A stretch of DNA of 64,000 nucleotides from Hadesarchaea archaeon (GCA_029259175.1 JAPDJH010000001.1:185783-249782), one strand, 5' to 3'. Counted from the stretch's first letter, positions 49,105-60,172 are shown. The notes: a model not told the origin generated them from the letters alone. Translations and numbers: made by a program.

Positions 49105-49737
49105 ATGGCACGCGGTCTTTTCATCACACTCGAGGGTATTGACGGATGTGGAAAAAGCACCCACGCCCGATTGCTAGCGCGGTGGCTGCGCAGGAAAGGG
49201 TTTTCTGTTCTGTGCACGGATGAGCCCACAGATGGTCTCGTGGGGCGAACAATCAAGCGCATACTGAAGGGAAAACTTCACGTGCCAGTCGAGGTCGAGG
49301 TGTTTCTTTTTTCAGCAGACAGAGCGTGGCACCTTGCGAATGTGATTTTGCCCGCTCTCGAGCGGGGCTGGGTGGTGATCAACGAACGATATGTGGGATC
49401 CTCGCTGGCATATCAGACGGCAAGGGGAGCAAGCGAGAGATTGGTTCGGAAAGCCAATGCTTTGGCGGCGAATCCAGATTTGGCATTCTTCATCGATGTT
49501 TCTCCGGAAGTCGCGGCGAAAAGGGTTAGGCGCGATCGCAAACCAGATGAGTTCGAGCGAGACACCGAGCTCCAGCGGAGGGTTCGGCAGGGTTATCTGA
49601 GACAGGTGAGGCGTGGTGAGCTCCGCTATGTGGACGGGAACAGGTCGAAGGAAGAAATCCAGGCAGAAATCCGAGAGGCGGTGGAGAAAAAGCTCAGATC
49701 TACATGCTTATCTGGGCGGCAAAAGGCAGGGACTTGA
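49105..49737 (+). CDS. tmk: Thymidylate kinase
   Basis: EGIDGCGKST, FSADR, RY..SSLAYQ. Confidence 0.95.
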   Translation: MARGLFITLEGIDGCGKSTHARLLARWLRRKGFSVLCTDEPTDGLVGRTIKRILKGKLHVPVEVEVFLFSADRAWHLANVILPALERGWVVINERYVGSSLAYQTARGASERLVRKANALAANPDLAFFIDVSPEVAAKRVRRDRKPDEFERDTELQRRVRQGYLRQVRRGELRYVDGNRSKEEIQAEIREAVEKKLRSTCLSGRQKAGT

Positions 49738-51007
49738 ACACTTCGGTGGCCGCCCGCTCAACTTTTTCTCTGTGTTCTTTGGTGGTGTAAACGCGAACAA
49801 CGTCCACATATCCCTTCAGAACGTTGATGAGTCGTGAGTACTGCGAGACTGGAACGAGTTCTCGTTTTCCGCTAGCAGTTGTGTGAAACACTGGGATCTC
49901 CATAGGGTCGATATCGCGCGGGTAGTACGGAATAGAGTCCAGCGTGGGCACGTCCACGGTAACGTACTCGGGATCGACGCCCGCCTTTTGCGCGATTTCC
50001 TCCTCTTTTTGTTTGCGTACCACCTCGTCGCTCAACAACCGTGCCACATACGGATCGCTTATGTGTACCGTCCGCTGGTAGGCCGCCTTCAGGAGCTGGC
50101 GGCGATCTAGCTGGCCCATCATCTGTTTTGCGAGCTCGGCGGCTTTTCGTTCCTCGGCGTTCGAAAATTTGGAGGGATCGAGAGTCCGGAGCTTGGTGAG
50201 CACGTAGGCGTCGTCCATCCGCAGGAATTCCTCCACCGAGCCAAACGTGCTAAACCCTGCGATTTCGTGCGCGTGATCCATAGCCTTGTGAAGCAGGATC
50301 TCCGCGGCTCGCACGGCGTGGTGGTAGTATACCGCCAGAAACATCTCGTAGCGGGCGATCATGAAGGCTTCCAAGGCGTAGAGGGCTTTGAGATCGATGG
50401 CGATGTCCTCTTGGTATACGCTCATGGCTTGGATGAGCCGGTTGATATCAATCCGGCCGTACTCCACTCCGGTGTAATAGGAGTCGCGCACCAAGAAGTC
50501 AAGCTTGTCGGCGTCGATCTGGCTCGCGATTATCTGGTGCAGATATCTTTTTTTCGCCGATTCCTTTTCGAACACGAGATCGACCACATCTTGTGGAGAG
50601 TATCCGATTTCGCTTATAGCGTCGGCCAGCTCGCTCTTCTTGATCACCTGTTTTCCCATCTCCTCGTGGTTAAGACCACGGTGCTTTACCAAGATCTCCT
50701 CGAAAGAATGAGAGAATGGCCCATGTCCGATGTCGTGGAGCAAACCAGCAATTCGGATGAGCTGGTGATCATCTTCGGAGATCTCTCCGGTTTGGGAGAG
50801 CACGTCGGCTATGGCTCCCGCCACGTGCATGGTTCCCAGAGCGTGGGAAAAGCGGGTGTGGTCAGCCCCAGGGTATACCAGACAGGCAATGGAAAGCTGT
50901 TTGATGCCTCTCAGCCTTTGGACTGGCCATGTGTCGATTATCCGCTTTTCCGCGTCGGTGATGGCAATATATCCGTGGATCGGGTCTCGAACGTATTTGA
51001 GGGTCAT
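49700..51007 (-). CDS. HD-domain phosphohydrolase (SAMHD1/dNTPase-like)
   Basis: RDPIHG, QRLRGIKQL, HTRFSH, LHDIGHGPFSH, DADKLD. Confidence 0.92.
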   Translation of the reverse strand: MTLKYVRDPIHGYIAITDAEKRIIDTWPVQRLRGIKQLSIACLVYPGADHTRFSHALGTMHVAGAIADVLSQTGEISEDDHQLIRIAGLLHDIGHGPFSHSFEEILVKHRGLNHEEMGKQVIKKSELADAISEIGYSPQDVVDLVFEKESAKKRYLHQIIASQIDADKLDFLVRDSYYTGVEYGRIDINRLIQAMSVYQEDIAIDLKALYALEAFMIARYEMFLAVYYHHAVRAAEILLHKAMDHAHEIAGFSTFGSVEEFLRMDDAYVLTKLRTLDPSKFSNAEERKAAELAKQMMGQLDRRQLLKAAYQRTVHISDPYVARLLSDEVVRKQKEEEIAQKAGVDPEYVTVDVPTLDSIPYYPRDIDPMEIPVFHTTASGKRELVPVSQYSRLINVLKGYVDVVRVYTTKEHREKVERAATEVFKSLPFAAQISM

Positions 51008-51182
51008 CACAGAATTATTCGGTGTTTTATCTTTTAAGTCGCATGCGGGGTTATCAAAAAAACAACAGGGGTGTTGATCGATCTCTTGTGGAGGCGCCGC
51101 GAGCAAATAAGTTGACCCCGCCTCAGCCTCTATCCAACCCAACCGTTAAAAATCTTCTTACCTTTCAATTCAGGGTGTTCGG

Positions 51183-54100
51183 GTGACTCGCCGCGTGTGC
51201 TACTGGCTGGACGAACAACAGCGCTTCGTGGTCGAGAACTACAACTGGGCTACTCCTTTCTCCAACTTCTTCCCGGGCATCAGCGGAAAGTGGGGGATTC
51301 CGATGTGGATCTTCTACGTTAGTCGGGGACAAGCCATATGCAGTATGGGCGTGCGGGATAAGGATCACTCTATCCTCGAGTTTCTCTCCTTCAACCGGGC
51401 TCTCCAGCTGATCTACCAGCAGGGGTTCCGGACCTTCATAAAAGCTGGCGGAAAGACCCACGAACCCTTCCGGAAGGTCCAGGACCCGAAGATCGAACAG
51501 CGCATGATAATCGCTTCGGAGGAGCTGGAGCTGGTCGAGGTTAACCGGAAGCTGGGGCTTGAGATCAGGGTTCTTTATTATCCGGTGGTGAACGAGCCGA
51601 TCGCGGCTTTGGTGCGTGAGGTTCGGATTCGAAATCTGAAAAGCAAGAGCGTTCGGTTGGAGGTGCTCGATGGTCTGCCGCGAGTCATTCCCTACGGAAC
51701 CACACAGGAGCACCTCAAGACCATTCCGCGCCACATCGAAGGAATGATGGGTGTGGATGACCTCGATGGGATCCCGATCTTTAGGCTCAAGCAGACCCCC
51801 GCCGATATCTCCAAAGTTGGAAAGATCGAAGGGGGCAATTTCTACTTCACGATTACTGAAGACAGAAAGATACTCAGCCGCAATGTGGTGGTTGATCCCG
51901 CCGTGGTTTTCGGGGAGCCCGAAACGTATTTCGACCCGGTAGGCTTTGAACGGAATTCAGTGCGGAAGTTGTTGGCTTGCAAACAGGTGCGGGAAAACCG
52001 GACTCCCTGCGCCTTCACAGCGCTGGAGATTGCGATTTCTCCCAAGCAAGAATTCGTGTTCCGCACGGTTATCGGAAGCTTTCCGAACGAGAGACGAATG
52101 CGAGAGTTCTTGCGTTCCGTGAAGCGGCGTGGATTCTTTGAAAGAAAGCGCGAGGAAAACCGCCGGGTGATAGGAGAAATAAAGGGCTATGCCTTCACAG
52201 TTTCCAGCTCTCCGGAGTTCGATGCTTACTGTGGGCAGAACTTTTTGGATAATGTGTTACGGGGAGGAATGCCTATCGTTTTCGGTAGCGGGAAGAACAA
52301 GCGAGTGTTCTACGTCTTTTCCCGCATGCACGGGGATTTGGAGCGAGACTATCACTTCTTCGTGCTCGAGCCGAACTATCTCTCTCAGGGCACCGGACTG
52401 TACCGTGACCCGCTCCAGAACCGCAGGCGCGACGTTTGGTTCTTTCCCGAAATCGAGGACTTCAATCTGCGTCTCTTCATGAGTCTGCTCCAGCTCGACG
52501 GCTACAACCCCCAAATCGTTTCGAGACTCACCTACACGGTCGAGAACACAGCGGCGGTCGAACGATTGCTGAGACGAATTCTTCCATCCAAGCGAGTAAA
52601 GGAACTCATGAAATACCTGAGCTGTCAGTTCACACCGGGAGAACTCGTGATGAAGCTGGAGGAAGCGGGCTTCCGCGATAAGAAGCTATACGAGCACATC
52701 CTCGCTGAGATCCTTGCTCATTCTCGCCTCAACGATGTAGGCGCTCTCCACGAGGGCTTCTGGGTTGATCACTGGACCTACAACTTGGACCTTATCGACG
52801 CCTTCTTGGAGATCTATCCCGAGCGCTTGGAGGAACTGTTGCTAACCAAGGAGTATTTCTTCTATGACAACCCAGATGTGGTTCTCCCAAGAAGACTGAA
52901 GCACGTGCTCGTCGATGGAAAAGTCCGGCAGTACTGTGCTGTGATCCGCGATCAGAAGAAATTAGAGTTGATTCGGGGTCGGCGGGAACTCCCCACCCTG
53001 GTTCGCACGGCGTACGGGCGCGGGAGGGTGTATAGGACAACCCTGTTGGTCAAACTCCTTTCACTGCTAGTCAACCGCATGGCGACCTTGGATCCCCGGG
53101 GTTTAGGGATAGAGATGGAGGCCGATAAGCCGGGGTGGAACGACTCTGCGAACGGTTTGCCGGGTATCTTTGGTTCTTCTCTCTGCGAGACGCTGGAACT
53201 GATAAGGCTCTGCCGTTTTCTGCGCAACGCCATTCCGCAAATAAAGCGCTACCGGGAGATCCCGATTTACGAAGAGCTGGTGGACTTCATGCGTGGCTTG
53301 GAGCGAGCCATCCAGCGCAGGTTGAAGGGTGGTTCACCATTCCGCTACTGGGACGAGAGCAACGGCCTCAAGGAGCTCTATCGAGAACGCACAAAGTTTG
53401 GCATTAGTGGTCGGGAGCTCAAGGTTTCTTTAAAGCGTGTCCAGCGGTTTTTAGATCTATGCCTAAAACTGCTAGAGAACGTATTTGCTCCAGAAAACCT
53501 CAAACGAATAATGAACCCCCGAGGGATTCCGTATACTTACTTCATTAATGAGGTAGCGGACTACGAGGTCATTTGGAAGGACCCAAAGAGAAAAATACCC
53601 CTCTGTGGTCCTTCTGGCCATCCATGTGTGCGTGTGAAACGCTTCAAGCCGCGCCCGGTTTCCCTTTTCCTTGAAGGCCCGGTTCACATGCTCAGAGTGG
53701 AGCCGCAACGGGCCGCAGCGATTTACAGAGCCGTTCGGCGCAGTCCGCTGTATGACCGGAAGTTACGCATGTTCAAGGTCTGTGAATCATTGGAGCACGA
53801 GCCGTTCGAGATCGGGCGCGTGAAAGCTTACGCACGCGGCTGGCTTGAAAACGAGTCAGTGTACCTGCACATGGAATACAAGTGGTTGCTCGAGCTAATC
53901 AGGAGCGGACTTCACCGCGAGTTCTTCGAGGAAATCCGGCACGCGCTAGTCCCGTTTCTGGATCCACAAGTGTACGGAAGAAGCATCTTGGAGGGGGTCT
54001 CGGCCATTGTGAGTAGCGCATTCCCGGATGAGCGACTTCACGGCCGAGGGGTTCAACCAAGGCTTAGCGGAGTCACTGCCGAGATGATCCACATGTGGAC

Positions 54101-54476
54101 TCTGATGGTTGCCGGACCGTCCCCCTTCAGGTTAGAGAACGGTGGACTCGTGCTCGGCTTGCGGCCGATTTTGCCCGGGTGGATGTTCACCAAGAAGAGA
54201 GTGAAGCGAACGTACTATGAACCGGGGGGCAAACCAAAAACGGTAGAGATGCCAAAGAACTCTTTTGCTTTTAGATTTCTCGGTCGGTGTTTGGTCGTGT
54301 ACCACAACCCGAAGCGTCTGGACACTTTCCAAGAGGGGGTCCGGGTGGTCTCCTACAAGCTTCGGTATCGAGACGGCCGCGAAGTGGAGGTGAAAGGCGA
54401 GACGTTAGGCTCCAGGTTGGCGAGAGATATCAGAGAGGGCCGGGTGGAGCGAATCGACGCGCTCATCTCACGCTGA
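51183..54476 (+). CDS. Large glycoside phosphorylase, GH161-like (beta-1,3-glucan phosphorylase clan)
   Basis: FSNFFPGISG..GIPMW.FY..RGQ, SRMHGDLERDY, WVDHWTYNLD, MEADKPGWND..NGLPG, GWLENESVYLHMEYK. Confidence 0.7.
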   Translation: MTRRVCYWLDEQQRFVVENYNWATPFSNFFPGISGKWGIPMWIFYVSRGQAICSMGVRDKDHSILEFLSFNRALQLIYQQGFRTFIKAGGKTHEPFRKVQDPKIEQRMIIASEELELVEVNRKLGLEIRVLYYPVVNEPIAALVREVRIRNLKSKSVRLEVLDGLPRVIPYGTTQEHLKTIPRHIEGMMGVDDLDGIPIFRLKQTPADISKVGKIEGGNFYFTITEDRKILSRNVVVDPAVVFGEPETYFDPVGFERNSVRKLLACKQVRENRTPCAFTALEIAISPKQEFVFRTVIGSFPNERRMREFLRSVKRRGFFERKREENRRVIGEIKGYAFTVSSSPEFDAYCGQNFLDNVLRGGMPIVFGSGKNKRVFYVFSRMHGDLERDYHFFVLEPNYLSQGTGLYRDPLQNRRRDVWFFPEIEDFNLRLFMSLLQLDGYNPQIVSRLTYTVENTAAVERLLRRILPSKRVKELMKYLSCQFTPGELVMKLEEAGFRDKKLYEHILAEILAHSRLNDVGALHEGFWVDHWTYNLDLIDAFLEIYPERLEELLLTKEYFFYDNPDVVLPRRLKHVLVDGKVRQYCAVIRDQKKLELIRGRRELPTLVRTAYGRGRVYRTTLLVKLLSLLVNRMATLDPRGLGIEMEADKPGWNDSANGLPGIFGSSLCETLELIRLCRFLRNAIPQIKRYREIPIYEELVDFMRGLERAIQRRLKGGSPFRYWDESNGLKELYRERTKFGISGRELKVSLKRVQRFLDLCLKLLENVFAPENLKRIMNPRGIPYTYFINEVADYEVIWKDPKRKIPLCGPSGHPCVRVKRFKPRPVSLFLEGPVHMLRVEPQRAAAIYRAVRRSPLYDRKLRMFKVCESLEHEPFEIGRVKAYARGWLENESVYLHMEYKWLLELIRSGLHREFFEEIRHALVPFLDPQVYGRSILEGVSAIVSSAFPDERLHGRGVQPRLSGVTAEMIHMWTLMVAGPSPFRLENGGLVLGLRPILPGWMFTKKRVKRTYYEPGGKPKTVEMPKNSFAFRFLGRCLVVYHNPKRLDTFQEGVRVVSYKLRYRDGREVEVKGETLGSRLARDIREGRVERIDALISR

Positions 54477-55430
54477 ATAAAACAGGAGCATGACAGCCAG
54501 ATAGCCGAAATAGAGGAGCAGGAGCACCATTCCCTGCCAAGTCGTGAGCCGCTTTCTCCTAAACACAAAAGCCGTCAGGAGAGTCGCAGACAACAGCATC
54601 ACCGGATTGCTAACTTGGATTGCCTGCGAGTCCACCAGGAGGGCGCTTCCCTTTGCAGCGGTAGCCAAAGACGCGCTTCCCACGATGAGCCCGATGTTGA
54701 ACACATTAGAGCCTATGATCGTGCCGAGCGAGATGTCGTAGAACCTCTTCTTAGCTGAAATGAGGACGGTTGCGAGCTCCGGCAGAGACGTCCCGATGGC
54801 GATTATGGTGAAGCCGACTGCGGCCTCCGCCTCGAGTTTCGAAAAACCAGCAGAAATCAGGAGGCTTTCCGCTATCCCAGCTCCTCCGTAGATCAGAAGC
54901 CTCGCTCCGATGAAGAGACCCGCCGCCGAAAGACAGAAAATCCCAACGAGCTGTTTCAGATTTGCACGCCGTTTGGGCGCAGGGTTTCCTTCCTTTTTCC
55001 AAGCAATCCACACGAAGAGTGCGAAGAGAATCAAAAGCATGGTCCCCTCAGACCACGTGATGCTTTTATCGAGGGAGAGGAGCACCAGTACTGCACTGAT
55101 GATTAAAAGGAAGAGCGAGTCAATCAGATTTCCCCGCTCTATTCTAGCGACTCCAAAAAAAGCGGCTATGGCGAGCACCACTGCGATGTTGATGATGTTG
55201 GATCCGACCACATTCCCGTAGGATATTCCATAGTTTCCGAGTGCTGCTGCGATGAGAGAGGCGAAGAACTCTGGAGCCGAGGTGGCGAAGGCAATCAGAG
55301 TGAGCGCTATGAAGACTCGGGAAACCCCCAAAGCCTGCGCTATTCTGCGAGCGGATTCCACGAAAATATCGCCAGCCTTGCCGATGATGAGGACTCCCAA
55401 AACGAGGGCGCCGACGTACTGCAGCATCAA
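54468..55430 (-). CDS. Calcium/sodium antiporter (YrbG-like)
   Basis: ATSAPE...GNVVGSN and GTSLPE...GTIIGSN alpha repeats. Confidence 0.92.
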   Translation of the reverse strand: MMLQYVGALVLGVLIIGKAGDIFVESARRIAQALGVSRVFIALTLIAFATSAPEFFASLIAAALGNYGISYGNVVGSNIINIAVVLAIAAFFGVARIERGNLIDSLFLLIISAVLVLLSLDKSITWSEGTMLLILFALFVWIAWKKEGNPAPKRRANLKQLVGIFCLSAAGLFIGARLLIYGGAGIAESLLISAGFSKLEAEAAVGFTIIAIGTSLPELATVLISAKKRFYDISLGTIIGSNVFNIGLIVGSASLATAAKGSALLVDSQAIQVSNPVMLLSATLLTAFVFRRKRLTTWQGMVLLLLYFGYLAVMLLFYSA

Positions 55431-55519
55431 GTCCCCCGGCTTATCTCACGCTCAGATGATAAAAGAATGCGTTCCCTTGCTCGTTTCGCGAGAATCACAC
55501 GTTTTCTCGTTTGCGGTCC

Positions 55520-56407
55520 TCAAACCCCTCGGACTTGGAGTTTCTCCTCTTCTCTGAGTGTTCGGATATCGATGCCCTTCATCGGCTGGGGGAGATTCAT
55601 GCAGGCTTCCAGCACTTTTTCTGGGTCGTCATAATGGCGGGTCGCTTCAACGATGGCGCGGGCCATGCGCGGCGGATCGCTGGACTTGAAGATCCCCGAG
55701 CCGACAAAGACACCGTCGACACCGAGCTGCATCACCATGGCGGCATCGGCTGGAGTCGCTATTCCTCCGGCGCAGAACCAGACCACGGGCAGTCGCTGGA
55801 GACGGGCGGTTTCCTTTACGAGCTCGACTGGAACCCGGTACTCGCGGGCTTTAGCTTCGAGCTCGTCATCGCTCATGTCGGCCAGCTCGGCGATCTGGCG
55901 CTTGGTCAGTCGGATGTGCCGAATGGCCTCCACGATGTTGCCTGTCCCGGCCTCCCCCTTGGTGCGGATCATTGCGGCCCCTTCGTTGATTCGCCGCAGC
56001 GATTCACCGAGGTCGCGCGCGCCGCACACAAAAGGAACCTTGAACTTGCGCTTATCGATGTGGAACTCCTCGTCTGCTGGGGTTAATACCTCTGACTCGT
56101 CGATCATGTCAACGCCCAACGCTTCCAGAACTTGGGCCTCGGCGAAGTGACCGATCCTGCACTTGGCCATCACAGGGATCGTGACGGCGTCCATGATTTC
56201 TTTGATAATGGCTGGGTCGGCCATTCGCGCCACCCCGCCGGCCTTCCGGATATCGGCTGGCACGGCTTGGAGGGCCATGACGGCGACGGCTCCGGCCTCC
56301 TCGGCAATAATCGCTTGTTCCGGAGTGGTAACGTCCATGATCACTCCGCCCTTCTGCATACGGGCAAAGCCGCGCTTGAGCCGATCCGATCCGAAAATGA
56401 TCTCCAT
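55520..56407 (-). CDS. pdxS: PLP synthase subunit
   Basis: [37 protein letters not shown]. Confidence 0.97.
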   Translation of the reverse strand: MEIIFGSDRLKRGFARMQKGGVIMDVTTPEQAIIAEEAGAVAVMALQAVPADIRKAGGVARMADPAIIKEIMDAVTIPVMAKCRIGHFAEAQVLEALGVDMIDESEVLTPADEEFHIDKRKFKVPFVCGARDLGESLRRINEGAAMIRTKGEAGTGNIVEAIRHIRLTKRQIAELADMSDDELEAKAREYRVPVELVKETARLQRLPVVWFCAGGIATPADAAMVMQLGVDGVFVGSGIFKSSDPPRMARAIVEATRHYDDPEKVLEACMNLPQPMKGIDIRTLREEEKLQVRGV

Positions 56408-56456
56408 CTTTCCAATCCTCCTGTTCGCGATTTCTTATCCACTTTTGGTTTGGCGC

Positions 56457-57467
56457 CTATTTCAACCTTTCCCACGGAGCCGGGGAGAATACTCGCCAGA
56501 GGTGGTCCTGCTTTGGATAGCGGGTGCGCTTGCCGTCGAGCAGTCTGGTTTCTCGGCTGCGAACAATTCGGCCGATTTTACTTGCTTGGATGCCAGCGCG
56601 CCGCAAGCGTTTGACGATGATATCGGCTCGCGTTGGTTTGGCTGTTATCAGAAGCGCTCCAGAACTTATGAGCCGCAACGGGTCTATCCTGAAGTACTTG
56701 CATATTTTTGTGGTCTCTGGCTCGACAGGGATTTTGGAGCCTTCCACTTCGAAGCCGACACCAGAGGCCTCGGCCAGCTCGTGGAGCCCACCGAGGACAC
56801 CTCCTTCAGTGGGGTCGTGCATGGCGCTGGCACCCAGCTTGGCGGCGATGAGGGCTTCTCGTACGATGCTTATCCGGCGCAAAAAGTGCTGGGCCTTGAT
56901 GACCAGTTGACGCCCCATCGCCTTGGCAAGTTCATCCCCGCGGTCGCTGGCGAGGACGGCAGTACCCTCGATTCCGGCGGATTTGGTCAGAATGATAATG
57001 TCACCTGGTTTTGCACCAGCAGGGGTGACAAGCCGTTTTCTTGAAGTTTCGCCTATCATAGCTCCCGACACGATTGTCCGATCGATTCCAGGAGTCACCT
57101 CGGTGTGCCCACCCACGAGCGAGATTCCGAGTTCGTCACAGGCAGACTGAATTTCCTTCGCGAGCCTCATGAGCTGCTGACCCGTGGATCCTTCGGGAAG
57201 AAAAATTGAGGACAGAAACCAGCGCGGCGCAGCGCCCAAGACGGCGACATCGTTTGCGTTGATGTTGACAGCCAGCCAGCCGAGGTTTTCGAGCGCCCCC
57301 GTGATGGGATCGCTTGATAGCACCAGAATGCGGGATTTGAAACTGATGGCCGCCGCGTCCAGTCCGGGACCGGGACCGAGGATTACGCGCCTGTCGCGTA
57401 TCTGGACCAGCGGGAACAACCACTGCTTGAGTTCTGCCGGCCCAACCTTTCCAGAACGCAGTCTCAT
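56457..57467 (-). CDS. AIR synthase-related (HypE/PurM/ThiL superfamily) protein
   Basis: SSDPITG, NANDV, GGHTEVT, MHDPTEGG, SSGALL. Confidence 0.85.
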   Translation of the reverse strand: MRLRSGKVGPAELKQWLFPLVQIRDRRVILGPGPGLDAAAISFKSRILVLSSDPITGALENLGWLAVNINANDVAVLGAAPRWFLSSIFLPEGSTGQQLMRLAKEIQSACDELGISLVGGHTEVTPGIDRTIVSGAMIGETSRKRLVTPAGAKPGDIIILTKSAGIEGTAVLASDRGDELAKAMGRQLVIKAQHFLRRISIVREALIAAKLGASAMHDPTEGGVLGGLHELAEASGVGFEVEGSKIPVEPETTKICKYFRIDPLRLISSGALLITAKPTRADIIVKRLRRAGIQASKIGRIVRSRETRLLDGKRTRYPKQDHLWRVFSPAPWERLK

Positions 57468-57628
57468 CGGAAAAACTTGTGTTCACGCGTATAAGTCTGC
57501 TGAGCTTTGCTCGTGGCAATGAGGGTGAGCGAGCACGATTTTTCAAAGATTTTTCCTTCTCCGCAAAAAGTTACTTTGAGAAATGATTAAATACTTTGAA
57601 AAAATATATTTTATTTTGAGGAGAAAAA

Positions 57629-57871
57629 ATGGCAGTGAAGATCAAAACAAAAGTCTCGAGCGGATTCCAGACGGTCCTACCTGCCGAGATAAGGGAAAGA
57701 TTTGACGTGGGTCCGGGCGATGAGGTGGTGTGGACAGTAATCGGCGACGAGATACTCGTGAGGGTCAGGAAAAAGAGCGGGAAAGACCCTCTTTCGAAAC
57801 TCATTGGCGCGTTTCCCACAAAGACCAAATCCGATGCGACGGCCGAAATAGACGCGGTGGTCTACGGGTAA
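57629..57871 (+). CDS. AbrB/MazE-type antitoxin (VapB)
   Basis: TKVSSGFQTVLPAEIRERFDVGPGD. Confidence 0.88.
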   Translation: MAVKIKTKVSSGFQTVLPAEIRERFDVGPGDEVVWTVIGDEILVRVRKKSGKDPLSKLIGAFPTKTKSDATAEIDAVVYG

Positions 57872-57875
57872 GTCC

Positions 57876-58283
57876 ATGTACCTGATAGACTCAGGTGTTT
57901 GGATAGGGGCTGCCAATCCAAAGGACGCTCATCACAGGGAAGCCGCGGCGGTGCTGAAGACTATTCTGAAGGGAAGACTGGGGAAAGTTTACATCACGGA
58001 CTTCATCTTCAGCGAAGTGGTCACATACATTAGGCGAAAAATCGGGCAAAAGGAATCCATCGAAGTTGCAAAAATGCTACTTGATTCAAGACATGTCGAA
58101 ATCTTGCACACCGATGAAAACATCTTCAATGCTGCGTACCACCTGTTTGAGAGATACGCGAGGCTCAGCTTTGCGGACGCCGTGAGCGTTACTGTGATGA
58201 GAGATCGGGGCATCCGTCATATAGTGTCGTTTGATCGAGGCTTTGACGGCGTTCAGGGAATCGTCAGGCTCGAAGCGGTTTAG
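57876..58283 (+). CDS. PIN-domain toxin (VapC)
   Basis: IDSG, SE, LSFADA, SFDRGFD. Confidence 0.9.
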   Translation: MYLIDSGVWIGAANPKDAHHREAAAVLKTILKGRLGKVYITDFIFSEVVTYIRRKIGQKESIEVAKMLLDSRHVEILHTDENIFNAAYHLFERYARLSFADAVSVTVMRDRGIRHIVSFDRGFDGVQGIVRLEAV

Positions 58284-58470
58284 TGGTGGCGCACGGCGAT
58301 AACCAATCGAGATCTGGCAATTTACGCTGGAGTTTGGACCAAACACCGGCGTCCCAGCAGCTTCATCGGTAGCGAATTCCTGTGGGTTGTCGGGATCTGT
58401 TTTTCCGAGTTTGCAACAGAGCTGAAATTCGTAATGCATTTAAACCCCCCCGGAGTTTTCTTGGACATCC

Positions 58471-59481
58471 ATGAGAAAACGGACTGGTGTTCTCTGCTGC
58501 TCGCTCGCGATCGCGATACTTTTGATTGCAGGGGCTGGCTTAGCACAAGCGGAGACCCAAGAGAAAAAAATCACGTTTTCAGAGACTTTCGATACCGCAA
58601 TAGGATCAGTGAACTTCTCGTGTAGCGTGTACGCCGAACTTCAAGTTCCGAGCGAGGTGGAAGCTGGGAGTTCTGCGACAGGCACCTTGAGCATAACACC
58701 TGGCCCGGCTTCCATTTCCTTCACGTTTTCTTACGGCGGGATCGAGTACCCAGTTTCATTACCTTATTTCGAGACACCGCTCGGCGACATGGATGTTAAG
58801 GTGGCGAGTTTGGGAATAGGAGATGTGGTTGTGCGCTTCTCAACGGACGTGGGGGCCTCCCTCGGGGGGAGTGTCCCAATAGCCGGAAGTAACATGCTTA
58901 TGTTTTCTGGTTCTTCGTCTAAAACCTTCGAGTTTACAGCGCCTGATCGCCCCGGCGAATTCGAAATTTCGACTTCATATCAATACGAGGGCTCCTTCTC
59001 GATAGTGCTGAGCACGTTCCTCGGCGAGTACGAGATACTGCCGAGCTACACTATCGGCTACATGAAGAGCCCCGATACGCTCGTGGTTCCAGTTAAAGTT
59101 TCCCCATCCAAGAGTTTGCTGGTTGGGACGGGAATCGCCGTCCTCATCCCTTCGCTCGCGGCATATGCCGTTCTGCCAGTTCACCGAGTTTGTCGAGCAG
59201 CCGGCGCGATCCTGACAGCAATAGTACTTGGCTTCCTTATTTACTCAGAGCCGCTTCGTTCACCCGGAGATGTGGTGTCCGCGACTTTTATTCTCCTATT
59301 GTTTGTCGGCATCGTTTTCCTCCCCATCAGAATAGCAATCCTGCGGAGGCGGAGAAAGGCGCTCGAAAAACTGGCCCCAAAGGTCATCGAAAAAGTGCTG
59401 GTCGTGTGCCCGAAGTGCGGCAAGCGGGTTTCAGCCGAGTCGAAGTTCTGCCCCGAATGCGGAGCAAAGCTTGGCTCTTGA
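58471..59481 (+). CDS. Membrane protein with extracellular domain and C-terminal zinc ribbon
   Basis: Signal peptide, 3 TM, CPKCG...KFCPECG. Confidence 0.75.
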   Translation: MRKRTGVLCCSLAIAILLIAGAGLAQAETQEKKITFSETFDTAIGSVNFSCSVYAELQVPSEVEAGSSATGTLSITPGPASISFTFSYGGIEYPVSLPYFETPLGDMDVKVASLGIGDVVVRFSTDVGASLGGSVPIAGSNMLMFSGSSSKTFEFTAPDRPGEFEISTSYQYEGSFSIVLSTFLGEYEILPSYTIGYMKSPDTLVVPVKVSPSKSLLVGTGIAVLIPSLAAYAVLPVHRVCRAAGAILTAIVLGFLIYSEPLRSPGDVVSATFILLLFVGIVFLPIRIAILRRRRKALEKLAPKVIEKVLVVCPKCGKRVSAESKFCPECGAKLGS

Positions 59482-59495
59482 GAGCCCGGCTGGCT

Positions 59496-59924
59496 TCACG
59501 TTTTTATTCTGGAAACTGCGGTCTTGAAATCGAGCCGCGTGAGCTCTTCAACCACATCGAAATCTGCATCATCAGACACGATGGTGAAAATACTGTGGTT
59601 CAGGCAACAGGCGGCGTGGATGGCGTCCCGGGGTCTGAGACCGTATCGCTGTACAAGATCTATTGCCTTTCTCATGTCAAAAGCAGTTGTGTCAACGATT
59701 TTGAGATTTGGGAACTCTAATACTCGTTTGGCCCACTCGATTGCTGCCGCCTTGCCAGCATTCTTCCACACAACCCAGAGAACTTCATCGACTGTTAGGG
59801 AACACGTCAAACCTTTTAGCTTACCCCTCGCCAGTGCTTCAAGGATTTTTCTTGCCATTGTTGTCTTTCTATCCGCCGTGTAGATCGCTGGGTAAATGAA
59901 AAGATTAGAGTCGCAGTATATCAT
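59496..59924 (-). CDS. PIN-domain toxin (VapC)
   Basis: DSNLF, DE, PRDAIH, SDDADFD. Confidence 0.9.
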   Translation of the reverse strand: MIYCDSNLFIYPAIYTADRKTTMARKILEALARGKLKGLTCSLTVDEVLWVVWKNAGKAAAIEWAKRVLEFPNLKIVDTTAFDMRKAIDLVQRYGLRPRDAIHAACCLNHSIFTIVSDDADFDVVEELTRLDFKTAVSRIKT

Positions 59925-60172
59925 GGGTGTTCCTCAAATTGAGAGTAGTAGAGCTCGTCCCAATCTATCTTTGCCGGTGCCTTTTTCTTATGCTTAACAA
60001 TGCTCAGCAGTTCGTCAACGAATTTTTTCGGGTCGACTCGTGGGTAGATCAGAATAGCATTTTCCTTCGCGTCGAACATCACCTCGTCGCCCGGAGCGAT
60101 CTTGAACTCTTCTCGCAGCTCTTTGGGAATTACCACCTGTCCTTTGGGTCCAACCTTCGCTTTGACCTTCAT
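59921..60172 (-). CDS. AbrB/MazE-type antitoxin (VapB)
   Basis: KVGPKGQVVIPKELRE...PGD. Confidence 0.9.
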   Translation of the reverse strand: MKVKAKVGPKGQVVIPKELREEFKIAPGDEVMFDAKENAILIYPRVDPKKFVDELLSIVKHKKKAPAKIDWDELYYSQFEEHP

